From assembly GCF_009834535.1 (NCBI RefSeq), contig NC_045696.1, positions 78,432,001 to 78,496,000 of the forward strand: a DNA stretch of 64,000 bases. The letters are read 5' to 3'. This DNA is from Camelus ferus. Its lineage: Eukaryota. The translations under genes were made by a program, and so were the position numbers. Below the pieces are notes generated by a model, which saw only the letters and a program-made list of their open reading frames with translations, searched no databases and was not told the origin of the DNA. Below are positions 1 to 12,063 of the stretch, one piece after another. Each line of letters opens with the position of its first letter. Positions within the stretch are counted from its first letter, which is position 1.

Positions 1-328
1 GAACTACTCTGGAGACAACTTATAGCACCAAAACAGACTCTTACCTGCATGAAAAACCTACATAACCATTATTTTACAATTCCTCCCCTCATCTTCCTGT
101 AACTTACCTCCCTCCCCTACAAGTTTCGAATCCCTTTTCCTTTGTCTAGCCTAAGATCATATATAAGCCTCAAATTCTGACTCATGGAATCACATTCCTT
201 TGTGAGTTCTCTGTACACAGGTATGAACTTATGTATGTAATTAAATCTCCCCCCCACCCTTTTTGTTATTTTGTCACTGAACCTAGAAGAGTAAAGGAAA
301 AAAAATTTCTTTTTCTTCCTTCCCTACA
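1..328 (+). mobile_element. ERV1 LTR 3' part (MER34/MER39-like)
   Basis: TATA-like atatataag and the typical terminus ..ttccttccctaca; similar to the LTR at 1230-1757. Confidence 0.6.
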
Positions 329-357
329 CCTCTTTCATAAAGTGTCCTATATATTAC

Positions 358-399
358 CTGCTTTCCAGTTTGCGAGAGCTATTAATTTCTTTAGTTCTC
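358..399 (-). pseudogene. PCNX-like 42-bp exon remnant, module 2 (phase 1-1)
   Basis: attttag / gtaata. Splices in frame to give GELKKLIALANWKAG versus PCNX4 GKLNPEAVRGQWAN (same G.L........W spacing). Confidence 0.7.
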
Positions 400-676
400 C
401 TAAAATCTAAGAAACTTATTATTTACTTCAGATTGATAACAAATAGAAAATAATAATATTTTAAAATTCACAATGGTTGTAAGAAATGAACTTGAGATTG
501 AATTGCCCCTTATTAGCACCTAATGAAATAAAAGTTAAATAGTGGAAACAAAAATGAAAGTATAAAATACATCAAAAACTTGTAAGACAATTTGATTTAT
601 TGAAGTTGAATTTAAAGAGAATGGTCTACTTTCTAATTTAAGGGTTATTTTATGACATCACAAATTCTGGACTTAC

Positions 677-884
677 CTGTCCTCAGACACTTTTGTTCAT
701 CTGGAAACTTGTTTTCAAAAAATAGCATCTGAATGATTTTAGGGAAGTCATTCTCTTTCCAATAGGTTCGATTCTCTCTGTACAGTTCTGTTTGCTTTAT
801 GTTGCTTGCTTATCCTCTGAAGCATTTGCCCATGTGACAAATGACTTTTTAATAACCAAGTCATTTGAGTTTTCTTCCCATTTT
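677..884 (-). pseudogene. PCNX-like exon remnant (Pecanex_C core, module 2)
   Basis: WEENSNDLVIKKSFVTWANASEDKQ~..ENDFPKIIQML versus PCNX1 HEKNLVIAHEGDPAWRSA..NEYKIIML. Consensus donor CAG|gtaagt; acceptor degraded. Confidence 0.7.
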
Positions 885-967
885 CAGTATGTAAATATTA
901 CAATGTAAATATATAAAATTATATAAACATGACAGCTCATTCTTACTACCAAATTAGCATATTAGAC

Positions 968-1161
968 CTGCTTTATTTGAGTTTCAAATTATTAATGCAC
1001 TAAAGATGACTCCATTAAGTGGCCAACTTCAACAGTAAATTCAGAAATCTTTGGAAAGAAAGAGAAACTTGCCTCGGGCAACGTAAGGAATTTGTTTTTA
1101 ATTGTTTACCATACTCTCTTTCACTGCTGATGACAATAAAAATTGGTGCAATCTTGTGATT
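968..1161 (-). pseudogene. PCNX-like exon remnant, module 2
   Basis: NHKIAPIFIVISSERE..~KFSLSFQRFLNLLLKLA matches module-1 QFCSSFQ|FFLL~TLIK. Its 5' side abuts an L1 3' end. Confidence 0.55.
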
Positions 1162-1229
1162 CTGTTGAGGTAAAATTTACATGCAATAAAGTGCATCCCA
1201 TTTAAGTGCATTGTTAGATGATAAATGTA

Positions 1230-1757
1230 TTAAAGGATACCAGTACATGCCACCCCAAAATATGCCTCGTTAGCCTATGGATTATTTTTAGCTAAAGGCC
1301 ATTAAGAAGCAGAAGACACAGGAAAATCTCTAAAAACAGGGCACAAGTTTTCCTTTTGCAAATAAAAATTACATTTATAAAGAAATAAAGAAAGTTTCCA
1401 TTTGCAAAAGGAGGGGGCTCTTCCCTAGAGGAAGAGGAGAGCTCATAGCAACCCTTAGTAATGGAGAAAGCAGGGATTTAAATCTGCACAACAAATACTA
1501 TAAGATAACACTTATTTAACATATTTCTCCTTGTCACCTTCCCATAACCTCCTCAGAAGCCCAGACCTCTTTTTTGTGTGTGTTCTAACCACCCCTTTGA
1601 GTTACTCATCACTGGGTAATTTCATGTATATTTGTGTGATGTGCTTGTTAATAAATTTTTGTTTTTCTCTTGTTAACCTGTCTTTTGCCAATCAAATTTA
1701 AAGGGCCCCAGACAGAGGACTTAATAAAAGTACAGTAAAAATACTTTTTCCTCCCCA
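1230..1757 (+). mobile_element. ERV1 solo LTR, MER34/MER39-like
   Basis: Diagnostic atgccaccccaaaatatgcctc..ggattattttt..gctaaagg, AATAAA, terminus tttttcctcccca. Confidence 0.75.
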
Positions 1758-2144
1758 ACCAAATTCACCCTTGCAACTACCACAACATTTAAGATACAGA
1801 ACATTTCCATCATCCTAAGTAGTCCCTTTGCACCCTTTTACCCTTAATATCTGCCCCCATCCCACCTCTGGCCCCAGTCAATAGGTATTAAGTTTTGGCA
1901 AATGCTTTCCCCTTATCTATTGAGATGATTGGATGGTTTTTATTATTTATTCTCTAAATATATAAATTACACTAATTTTCAAATGTTAAAACTTATATTT
2001 GTGGGATAAACCCTGCTTGTCAGGATGTATCATCCTTTTTATGTATTATTAGACACAATTTGATTTTTCACTAAGGATATTTGTGTCTGCATTTACAGTT
2101 TTCTCTTCTGGTAAATCATCTTATTTGCCTCGTTTTAGTATTAG

Positions 2145-2638
2145 TGTAACCAAGCAGGACCTTATGGGGCCTTCAGGGACAGAGCCCTCCCCCATATCCT
2201 CTGCTTTAGCTCCTCTCTGAAGTACCTAGATAAAAGTGCCTGATGCACATTTCCTGAGTTGCTTTAAAGATGCTAAAACTCCCACAAAATGGAAGAGGCA
2301 AACTACTGGTTGACCAAGAGCACATAGCCCCCAGACCCACTGGTACCTAAGGATTGATAATGTTAACCCCTGTGACACTGCCCTGTTATTTCGCCATCAA
2401 CTGGTCAGAGAATTGTGCACCAGCTGATCGCATACCCTGTGACCCCCCTCCCTCACCTGGCCTTTAAAATGTCTTCCTAAAACCCATCGTGGAGTTCGGG
2501 TCTTTTGAGCACTAGCTGCCCTGGACGCCTTGCTTGGTGCCCTGCAATAAACACTGCACTTCCCTTCACCACAGCCTGGGATAGGTAGACTGGTTTTACT
2601 ACACAAAGGCAAGAGGATTCAAGTTTGGTTCAGTAACA
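2145..2638 (+). mobile_element. Young ERV solo LTR
   Basis: TGTAAC...GTAACA termini, TATA-like tttaaaa and AATAAA; interrupts the L1. Confidence 0.8.
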
Positions 2639-3137
2639 TTGCAGTAATAATGCCTCGTAATATTGGTGGGCATGCTTTCCCTCTTTCTTTACTTTTTGAG
2701 AGATTTGGTTAGGACTAGTATTATCTCTTTTCAAATGTTTGTTAAGATGTGCCAGTGAAGCAGTCTGGGCCTGGCATTTCCTTAGTGGAAAGGTTTTAAA
2801 CAATAAATTCATTTTCATCAACTATAATAGGGCTATTAAGATTTTCTTTTCCTCCTTGAGTCATTTTTGATAATATGTGTCTTGTAGATAATTTGTTCAT
2901 TTTATCTATGCTCTTTAATAAATTGACATAAAGTTGTTCATAATGTTCACTTATCTTTTAAATGTCTATACGATCTGTGCTGATATTCCCTCTTTTTTTC
3001 TGATGTTAGCAATTTGTACCTTCCTTTCTGTGTTGATCAGACTAGCTAGAACTTTATCAATCTTTTTTTAATAGCTGTTTTTACATTGCTTTTCCCTATT
3101 GTTTGACAGTTTACTAGTCTACTGAATTTTTAAATAT

Positions 3138-3360
3138 TTTTAATTGAAGTACAGTTGGTTTACCATGTTTAATTAACTTCTGGTATACAGATTAAGGTTT
3201 CAGTTATACACATATATTCCTTTTCATATTCTTTTTTAATAGGTTATTACAAGATATTGAATATAGTTCCCTGTGCTATACTGTAGAACCTTGTTGTTTA
3301 TCTATTTTATATAAAGTAGTTAGTACCTGCAAATCCTGAACTACCAATTTATCCCTCCAC
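3138..3360 (-). mobile_element. Lineage-specific (camelid-type) truncated L1 3' tail
   Basis: tttttaattgaagtacag..aatatagttccctgtgctata; same family as 36755-36955 and 43220-43503. Confidence 0.8.
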
Positions 3361-5289
3361 TTGAATTCTATTCATAGCTATATTATCTGTGTCCTTGTAC
3401 TTACTTTGGATTTGCTCTTTTTTTAGCTTATTAAGTTAGAAGTGTATAATACTGATTTTAGCTGCTTTTTTTTCCTAATAAAGGATTAAAGCCATAAATT
3501 TTGTTCTAACCTTTGATTTACCTGCATCCTACAAATTATGACAAGTTGTGTGTTCAATATAGTTTAGTTTAAGATTTTTCTAGTTTCTCTTGTAGTTTAT
3601 TCTTTGACCCAGGCTTATTTAGAAATATAAAAGTTCCAAAAACTTAAAGAAAAAAGATTTTTTTTCTACTGAAATTCCTATTGAATTTCCAGGCTGATAT
3701 ATTTGTTTTTCTTTCAGCATCGTAAATGGTTTTTCCCTTGCTATCTGGCTAAGATAGTTTTGACAAGAAGTCTATGTTTTTTCTTATCCTTTCTATTCTG
3801 TTGGCCATGCATCTTTTGTGTCTTGCCATTTTAATTTATTTTCTTTGTTACTCAATTTTGTTTGATTTGATTTTTATGTGATTTTGTGTGGTTTTCTTTG
3901 TGTTTACCTTGTATGGAGTTTGTTGAGTTTCTTTGGCTTGTCAACTTATAATATTCACCAAATCCTAAAAAAATTCTGCCATTAATTGCTATCTTCAAGT
4001 ATTTGTCTCTCTTTCCTTCATTTTTCTTTCCTCTGATACTCTATTATACATATATTATAAATAAAGACATAGATTAGATATAGATACAGATATGCAGGTA
4101 CAGATATAGATATTCAGCAGGTCATTGAAGCTCTGTTAATTTTTTTCAGTCCTTTTTCTTTTATTTTTAAACAGTTTCTCTTGCTATAACTTTCAGTTGA
4201 CTAATGGCTTCTTCTGCCATGTCTATTCTACCATAAACCCCATACAGTGGTATTTTCATTTACATTATTTTACTTTTTATTTCTAAAATTTCTACTTGAA
4301 ACTTCTAATATTTTTAACATTAGCATTCTTACATTTTTATATCTTCCATTGTTTCCTGGTTCATGTTTGTCTTCACATTGTTGTGCATACTTATAACAGT
4401 AACTTTAAAGTCATCTGCTAATTTCATCATTCTGGGTCTATTTCTATTAATTTTCTCTTGATTATAAGTCTCAATTTTCTGCTTCTTTTCATGTATAGTA
4501 ACTTTTGATTGGATGCAGAACATTCTGACTCTGTGACCTGTACACTTTTGAGTAATGAATTTTATTGTATTCCTTTAAAGAGGTTGAACTTTGGGTGTGC
4601 TTTTGAGTTATTTGTAGATCAGCCTGATCATTATAAGAACGCTTTTAAGTTTTTTTAAATTTGTTTTGTTTTGTTTTTGTTTTTTAGGGCAGCCCTAAAG
4701 AAGCCTTTAGTCTAGAACTGCTTTAGCACACCAGTAAGGTGTGTGACACTTTTGGAGCTCAACCAGATGCCCCGTGCAGTCAACAGGTCTCTCCACTCTT
4801 GCTGGTGGGAACATGAGTGATTCCTAGCCCTGTGTGAACTCTAGAAATTGCTCAATTTAGAGCTCTCTGGTAGTGGCACTTTCTCAACAGCTGTTCTCTG
4901 TGCAATATGGAATTTCACCCTTTGCACTGATTGGTATTCAGCTAAAAACTTCAAAGTACTCCTCTGCCGACATCGAGCCCTTTCTCTGTTTACCTCTCTT
5001 ACCCCCAATAGTGTCTCCACAGATACGGGTGGCTCATTATTTCCAAAGTTTAATCTCTCTCTTTTCAACTCAGGATATATTTGGGTTCTTCTTCCTTTTA
5101 TCATATTCTGGGAATCGCCCCTGGGTAGAAATCCAGGGCAGTTTTAAGGCTCACCTAATTTGATTCCCTTTTCTCAGAGATCACAGCCCTGAGTTCTCTT
5201 TCGTCCAATATCTGAAAACAAATGTTTTCGATCTTTTGTCCAGTTGACTAGTTTTATGGCAGAAGGCAAGTCAAATAGAATTTTCTTTA

Positions 5290-5760
5290 TAGGCAGAGCA
5301 GAAATGGTGCAAGCTTTTTGAAAGGCAACTTGGCAAAATATATCTAAAGTATTAAAGAAAGTCATACCTTTTGAAATTTCACTCTTAGGAATTTTTCCAA
5401 GACAATAACTAGAAAAGTGCGCAAATGAGTTTATGTAACATTTATCAGTGTTGTTTACAATATAAAACGTATGAGCAATTAAATGCTAACAATAGGAGAT
5501 TTTTAAAATAAAATAATTTATAAAATAGTACAGTGGATTCATCTGCAACTGTTAATGCAGAATGATTCATTGATTTACAAACTGTTCAATGCATTTTAAT
5601 TGTTGTGGTACACTTTTGTCAAGGACATGATACATGCTAAAAATATTACAATAATTATTGCTACATAATAGAATTTTTGGTTATTGTCTAATTTCTTCCT
5701 TGCATCCTTCTTGATTTTTGATATTTTAAAACAAATTACCTGTTACTTTCATAATCAAAA
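5290..5760 (+). mobile_element. Ancient L1ME-type 3' fragment
   Basis: aaatggtgcaagctttttgaaaggcaacttggcaaaata..ttcactcttaggaattt. Confidence 0.6.
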
Positions 5761-5798
5761 GAAAGCATTTATTTACTACTTCAAGAAAAAAATTAAGC

Positions 5799-5965
5799 CT
5801 TATTTATGATTCTTGACTGTTCTTTATATTAAATTAGAAGATAAAAGACAAGAGATCCTAAAACTGTGCTTTCAAAAAATGCCAAAGATATCCATACAAT
5901 TTATCTATAATTTGTGTCTCTGATGTTTCTAAATGGAATCTGAGATTATTAGTGCTGGAAAATAG
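5799..5965 (-). pseudogene. PCNX-like exon remnant, module 2
   Basis: Acceptor tttctttttgttag, phase 0. LFSSTNNLRFHLETSETQIIDKLYGYLWHFLKAQF*. Donor uncertain. Confidence 0.55.
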
Positions 5966-6203
5966 CTAACAAAAAGAAACATTTATATGTGCATAAATAG
6001 GTATTTAATAAGTATTTGATAAATTTAGTTGATAAGCAAAGAAATTTTTGTAAACTTTAATAAGAATTCCTTAAAGGGACCTTGGAGGAAAAAATGTGGT
6101 ATAATTTAAAAGCTATAAAACGTGGATGTTCTACTAGGGGAGAAGGGTGGCTATAAATGTCCCTTAGCAGACATTTCACAGCTTGTTTCTTATAAACCCA
6201 TAC

Positions 6204-6323
6204 TTTTACAAAGAATAATGCGAGTGTCTTAGCCACCATGTTGATTTGTGGGATTTTAGTTAGAAAAGGGAAACAGCAGGACAATCCTGTTTGAGCTGTG
6301 GAAGAAAGCAGACCAGAAGCCAC
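6204..6323 (-). pseudogene. PCNX-like exon remnant, module 2 (120 bp, open, phase 0-0)
   Basis: ttttccttag / gtatgg. VASGLLSS..MVAKTLALFFVK versus PCNX4 VLSGIIDS..LIKVLVWILVQ and PCNX1 LRKVLTTYYVK. Confidence 0.7.
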
Positions 6324-6724
6324 CTAAGGAAAACCTTGCACTCTCCAGGGACCCAGCCAAATAAGAAAATAAGCATAACATGTCTGTTCCTTAGGAAGCA
6401 AATAAAGTTATTTTCTTAGAATCATTAATAATACATGATCATTAACAAAATCACAGACAGAGGAAATAGAAATTAAATACACGATTCCATCCTCAGAAGT
6501 ATCCAGTATTAACTTTTAAATGTATATGGTAGAGAGAAAGTAAAGGAAGGGAGAGTCAGACAGGTAGATTGCTTACAGATGTGATACAGACGTACGGAGA
6601 GATATATACAGTCACAGGTGTAGGCGTGAATAGAGATATCAATTCTAATGTACAGAAAGTTTTGAAACATGTTTTTTTTCTGTTAAAATTATACAGTGGA
6701 CATCATTCTATTGACATCTTTTTG

Positions 6725-6950
6725 ATGGACTTTGGAGTAAGAGAAATAAGGATTTAGGTCCCAGCCACTACTTACTCCCCATGTGACCTTGAGCAAATTA
6801 TTACACTTCTCTGTGCCTCAATATGTTCTTCAGAAAGATGGAGAAAACACCTGACCCTCCACACAGGGTTAGGTGATAGTTCTATATGATCATGCAGGGT
6901 TCGGATGATAATAGACTCTCAACAAACTTCAACTATAGTAATGATTATTA
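6725..6950 (+). mobile_element. MIR SINE
   Basis: ggactttggagt..atgtgaccttgagcaaattatt..ctctgtgcctca core. Confidence 0.75.
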
Positions 6951-6989
6951 TTTTTGTTTTATTGTTATTATAAGATTTACATACTACTG

Positions 6990-7430
6990 TGATACAGGTT
7001 TTGGAAGGTTTTCCCAAGTCAAAATGATCCTCTCTTATCTATTTCCCAACTCTACAGGAGTGGAGCATTTTGTTCTATATAATATAGCTCATTCCACAGG
7101 TTATAGTTGATCGGACCCATATGTACAAAGAGCCCCAGCTAAGGAAATCAGAGATTTTGCCCCCTGGAATTTTGATTTGGGACTGAAAGAGAATTAAGGT
7201 TAGGCTTGTAATATGTCAAATTAGGCACTATATGTATAGCCATGTTCAGCCATGAGACCAGGAACCATAGAACAGCTATTCACAGAAGAGAGAATGATGA
7301 AGCTGATTTGTAGGAAGACACAGAGACACGTCAAGAGACAAAGAGAAATTAGTTTGTCTTACTCGAGGCTTTTTGTAGTTTCAGTCTTTGAGAAGATATA
7401 GCCTTTGGATTCTATGATATGGTGGCTTAA
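6990..7430 (-). mobile_element. Old ERVL-type LTR (LTR16/LTR33-like)
   Basis: ccctggaattttgatttgggactgaaagag..ccatg..gagagaatga..gacacagagac pattern. Confidence 0.45.
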
Positions 7431-7436
7431 ACTTAC

Positions 7437-7783
7437 GTACCAGGATACATGGACTCTTCTTGCCTCAACAAATGTGAGAAGAACACCGCTTTGACAGTAC
7501 ACAAATTAAATTCATAATGAAATGGCTTCAAGAGATTGTTCTGTTAACTCTCAGACCCCTTAGCTTGACCAATGATAGTGATATTAATTAAAGAGAGTGT
7601 AAGAGAATGTTTGGTGTGGAAATGAACAGCTTTCTTTATAGACAACAATTGCTGTGCTGTGAGACTAATCCATCTTTTGGGAGAAAGATTGGGAGAATGG
7701 CTACATTGAGTCACAAGCCTGAGTAGAGGGACTTCAAGGGGACCATGTGGAAAGTTTTAGAATGTAAAATGCATTTGCTACCA
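7437..7783 (-). pseudogene. PCNX-like exon remnant, module 2
   Basis: ttttaccttcaag / gtaagt. PLEVPLLRLVTQCSHSPNLSPKRWISLTAQQLLSI aligns with module-1 PVSISLLELFSSSHACLSFKNSLIRKHLLQI. Confidence 0.7.
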
Positions 7784-7887
7784 CTTGAAGGTAAAACTGG
7801 AAGGATCCTGGCTCATGCCTTATAAAGCTTAATCAATGGAAAATCCTAGTCTAAAAGGCAAGATTTTTCAATACTAGACAGGTCAAG

Positions 7888-8389
7888 TATGGTAGGCAGT
7901 ATATTGGCTCCCAAACACCTCCAAATCCTAATCCCTTAAACTTGCGTACTATTATGTCACATGACAAAAGGGAATTAAGGTTGTATGTGCAATTAAAATT
8001 ACTAATCGGGTGACCTTCAGATGGAGCTATTACCCTAAATTATCTTGATGGACCCAATCTAATGACATAAGTCCTTAAAAGTAGAAGAGGAACAGACAGA
8101 AAGGAGAGTCAGAGAGATGTGATGTGAGAAAGACTTGATCTGCTATTGTTTGTTTTTAAGACGGAGGAAGGGGACTTCAGCCAATGAATGCAATTGGCCT
8201 CTAGAAGTTGGAAAGGCAGATTCTTCCTCAGGCTTCCAGAAAGGAACAGTCATGTGGACACCTCCATCTTAATCCAGTGAAATACATTTTGGACTTCTGA
8301 TCTATAGAACTGTAGGACAGTGAATTTGTTTTGTTTTAAGCTGTCAAGTTCTTGTTAATTGGTTATAGCAACAACAGAAAACTAATACA
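7888..8389 (+). mobile_element. MaLR LTR (MLT1D-like)
   Basis: tatggtaggcag..cctaatccc..gcctctagaagttggaaaggc..aacagaaaactaataca. Confidence 0.85.
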
Positions 8390-8407
8390 CCAGAATGCTG
8401 TAATTAC

Positions 8408-8650
8408 CTAATTGAAATTATGTTTGTGACTTAAAGTGACTATAGGACTCTTCTAACTTGTGACAGTGAAAAGAAAAGCCATGACATCTGCCAGGAATTT
8501 CATTCAAGAAAAGAAACACCAAATCCATAAAGTTTACAGGGGCATTGAAGAACCACAGTAAATTTAGGTTATGAACATACCATGAATAAATCTTGTTCAA
8601 ATCAGTAGTTACAATAAATGTGCTTTCATTAATTTCTTAATTCATCTAGG
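8408..8650 (-). pseudogene. Two short exon remnants (about 8581-8650 and 8408-8487), start of module 2
   Basis: EINESTFIVTTDLNKIYSW|gtatgt, then ttcctggcag|CHGFSFHCHKLEESYSHFKSQT*FQL|gtaatt. The last phase-1 donor matches the next exon. Confidence 0.45.
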
Positions 8651-8849
8651 CTAAAATTAGCTCGAATTTGGTTTTGTTATTTATACCTCAACAGTTTCAA
8701 TGACTGGAACTATTAAGGATAATTATTTCAACAACAGGTACAAATGGCCTCAGGCAGGGCTGCTGAGCACCACGGTCCTGGAGTAGGAACAATCACGAGG
8801 GCCTCTATTTTTTTTAACAAAAGTAAATCATAAAACATGCTATAAAAAG

Positions 8850-9770
8850 CACCTCATTTCACCCTTAACAAAAGTGTCCAAAAAGTCAACATCGTTTTAT
8901 ACACTGAGAAACTGAGGTTCAAAAAAGTTAAGGAACTTTAAGTAACTTTGCCAAGGTCATAAGTGACAGAAGCAGCATTCAAATCCCGGTCTTCCTGGCA
9001 TCAAAGCTGTTATTCATTCACTCAGCAAATGTTTATTGATTAATTACTGTGTACCAGACACTGATATCTAGCTTGCTGACATTTAATAAGGCCTCAGTGT
9101 ATGCCAAGTAATAGGCATATTTCATGTGATCTTTGTTCTAGTATTCTGGTTGTTTTAGTTATTGTGTCCATTTTATAGATGACACCTGTGAATGAAAAAT
9201 ACTGCAAACCATATCAGTAAACAAAGAATGCTGAAACCCTCAAGTCATCAGCTGCTGCCGCTGCCGCCACCCCCCCACCCCCACCCCCGTGAAGACAAGC
9301 CTGCAGCCCAGCCCCTGCAGCCATTCACAATGGTGCACTCTGAGGGGACTCAGAATAAGAAAGGACAGGATACTGGCCCTAGATAGCTGGGTACTTGTCA
9401 AAGGAATGAATTCAGTGAGCCCAAATGTTTGCTTCCTCCCATACATAGAAAAGTGCTGAATTCTTTAACTTGAGATGCCTGGTTTTGTTTAGTTAACAAG
9501 TAATCTTTTAATGTTCCAACTACCTGGTCTTTGTTGTAAAGCTCCTATATATCCCCGGCTCCTCCCCTACCTCTTCGGAGCAGTCCCTCAGAGCGATCTG
9601 AGAGGCTGTCATCCTGGGCTGAGTCGTTAGAATTGTCTACTGAATAAAACATAACTCTTAACTTTTAGGCTGTGCATTTATTTCAGTCGACACACCCAAA
9701 AAGGATAAGAAACTTGCCTGAGATCTTGCAAATGACAGAGCCAGGATTCAAACCAGGCAGTGTGGTTCTT
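8850..9770 (-). mobile_element. MIR and L2 fragments (one MIR split by the LTR)
   Basis: gagaaactgaggttca..gccaaggtca; ttcattcactcagcaaatgtttattga; ccattttatagatga..gagccaggattcaaaccaggcag. Confidence 0.65.
9187..9692 (+). mobile_element. Young ERV1 solo LTR with 4-bp TSD
   Basis: TGTG...CGACA termini, TSD cacc at 9183-9186 and 9693-9696, TATA (ctatatat) and AATAAA. Confidence 0.9.
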
Positions 9771-9799
9771 AGTGACTTGGCCGTTTATCTCTCTTGCTG

Positions 9800-10145
9800 C
9801 CTGTCCTAGGTGCTGAATATACAGATATAGTCGGTTCTCACAGAGGCTATATTCCAGTTGGAGAGACAGATGAGAACAAAGTAAACAAACAACTAAATGA
9901 ATGCTAATTGTAACAGGCTTTTGGAAAAAAAATGGCAGGATGTGATGTGAAAGAATGACAACATGTCCTAAGATGTTTAGTGATACAACATTTAAAACAG
10001 AGAGATGAAAAGTGAAGAGCCAGCCATAGGAATGTTTGAAGGATGGGGCCGGAAGCATACCAGGCAGCAGGAGAGAGAGCCTAGAAGTAGAAAAGAACTG
10101 AGTCCTTCCTTTCAATCAAACAAAGGCCAGTGTGCCTGAAGCGAA
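9800..10145 (-). mobile_element. L2 fragment
   Basis: ctaggtgctg..ccagttggagagacaga..ccaggcagcagg..aaggccagtgtgcctg. Confidence 0.65.
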
Positions 10146-10227
10146 GATTCAGTTAAACAGAATTAAACCATGAGAACTGCAGCACTAAATGGATAGATTT
10201 AATATTGGTTTTATATTTCTTTATTAC

Positions 10228-10439
10228 TTGAAATCAAATACCCCCACAAAATTAATAATAAGAATTATTAATCAAAAATCTTATTTTCAAAATGAATTAT
10301 GCATTTCTAATAAAAGAAATCATTTCAACTGTCTTCCGTTTATCTATATTGGAGGAACAGCATTGCCATTTGGTCCGTAAGCGACGAAAGCACAGCCATT
10401 CCTGAATGGTACCTATTCCTGTTGCAGAACCAGAGGGCC
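10228..10439 (-). pseudogene. PCNX-like exon remnant (end of Pecanex_C, module 1)
   Basis: Phase-0 acceptor atgcaatag. GPLVLQQE*VPFRN~..SFIRNA*FILKIRFLINNSYY*FCG~YLIS versus PCNX1 [41 protein letters not shown]. Confidence 0.75.
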
Positions 10440-11325
10440 CTATTGCATAAATAATAACCAGGTGGCTCACAAAGTCAATTCACTCTTAATTTACTGATTA
10501 TATGGTTAGTTTTAGCTCATGGTAATTAAACTAAGTTAACTTTATCATTTTCATTGCTGGTGATAAGTTAATTATGTTGATGAATGATATAGAAGCTACT
10601 GTATATATCTACAGCTGAATATGCATAACCCTTAATAATACAGTTCACAAAGTAACCAGTCATATCCTCTCATATATTTGGAATGTGATATATTGCACAT
10701 TTCAAAAGCTTGTTTTACTTAATTATATTTAGGCATATGTAAATTCACAGCCAAAATCAGAATGTTGCTCAGAAATTTTGTGGGAGGGAGTGAGTTATCA
10801 ATAATATTCTTTTGTTTTCAAGGATACATACTTAGAATGTCTTCTTCTCATGAAATCATTAAAAATAAAATAATAACTCCTTATAATTACTAATATTTAA
10901 TAAATTAAAATGTTTCATTCCCTACATAGAAAATTCTTCCAGTTATAATTTGAATGTAACAGATACTACAAATAAATGATGTATCACTATACAAAGTTAC
11001 ATACAGTTACAATCATAAAAAAGAGCAAGAAATAGCTTATGAAATTCAATCTAATAATTCACTTAAATTAGTATGTGCTTACTCCCTTATTTCTCTGATC
11101 TTCAAGAATAATCTATGTGAAAAACATGGAAAAATGAATCCATCTAATTGATAGAAGATGTTAAGAATTGATACATTTTTAAAATTAAATTAACTAGACT
11201 TCAAGTTTATTTTACAGAAATTACTCAAATTTGTACTGGCTTTTAAAAAAATTTAAAAATCCAAAAAGGCAGATTCTAAAATGATAATATAAAAAGAATA
11301 ATTTGAGTTACAGAGAAAATCTTAC

Positions 11326-11704
11326 CAGTTTTCTTTCCTGATGATAAAGAGGACTACAGGTGTGTGAGAATGGTATTGTTTTTCTATCTACTAGATGAGC
11401 ATACTCTCTGTTAAACATGATGTTAAAGTATCATTTCATTTTTCCAAAGTGATATGTACAAAATATGTTCACCAACACATTCCTAGGTTTTGAACATTTC
11501 TGGAACAATCCTTGTTTTAAAATATTGCAACAATGTATGTTGCTGTATATTTGGGTTCAATGGTCTTTTGCAAATTTGCCCTCTAGGAATACTGCAGCCT
11601 TATACTCTGGCAAGGAATATAAAGCATTTGCTTAACAAGAATTTGGGTTGCCAAAAAAATCCTTCAAATGGAACATTTTAATTAGGGTCCCTCAGTAAGA
11701 AAAA
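11326..11704 (-). pseudogene. PCNX-like exon remnant (Pecanex_C core, module 1)
   Basis: atccttgtag / gtaaga. LIKMFHLKDFFGNPNSC*ANALYSLPEYKAAVFLEG..*YFNIMFNREY versus PCNX1 [37 protein letters not shown]. Confidence 0.75.
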
Positions 11705-11814
11705 CTACAAGGATTTTATTTTTTTTTAAGGAAAAGAAGAAGGAGTCATATTTTCTCTGTTTTTACAAAAAAAAAAAAAAAAAAAAGAGACAGAGAGAGA
11801 GAAAACCCAGATAC

Positions 11815-11963
11815 TTGGAAGGAAGAGCAAAACTGGTTTTGAATTATATCCACTTTGATGGCAGTAAATTCTTCCAAAAGCATGCATTTATAAAGGTATA
11901 AACTACTTTAATCTTTTACATCCTCTTAACAGCTTTAGCAGAAATTACTTTCATAAAGTATAC
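11815..11963 (-). pseudogene. PCNX-like exon remnant, module 1
   Basis: Acceptor ttctaacaaatag. ILYESNFC*..IIQNQFCSSFQ; LYESNF resembles PCNX1 LFKGDF. Donor gtatct. Confidence 0.55.
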
Positions 11964-12020
11964 CTATTTGTTAGAATCAAGTGAAAAGACAGGGACACAG
12001 GAATTCTATGTGTTTCTCAC

Positions 12021-12063
12021 TTTCTTTTTTGTTCTGTTATTTGGAAAAACTTCTGTCTTTCCA
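12021..12063 (-). pseudogene. Short exon remnant, module 1
   Basis: Very strong acceptor tttttcttgttctatttacag and donor gtgaga; frame ambiguous. Confidence 0.4.

Larger units (their letters stand above)
1165..5270 (-). mobile_element. Old fragmented L1 (3' end, ORF2 and 5' region) with nested insertions
   Basis: Reverse L1 3'-end motif ttgaggtaaaatttacatgcaataaagtgc and T-rich antisense ORF2 text (tattgagatgat.., ctgggcctggca..). Confidence 0.8.

Noticed and set aside
9678..10115. 145-aa minus-strand ORF
   Set aside because: It spans L2 and MIR remnants; a chance ORF.
11326..11704. In-frame TGA codons as possible selenocysteine
   Set aside because: TAA/TAG stops and frameshifts occur in the same gene; pseudogene decay explains them.
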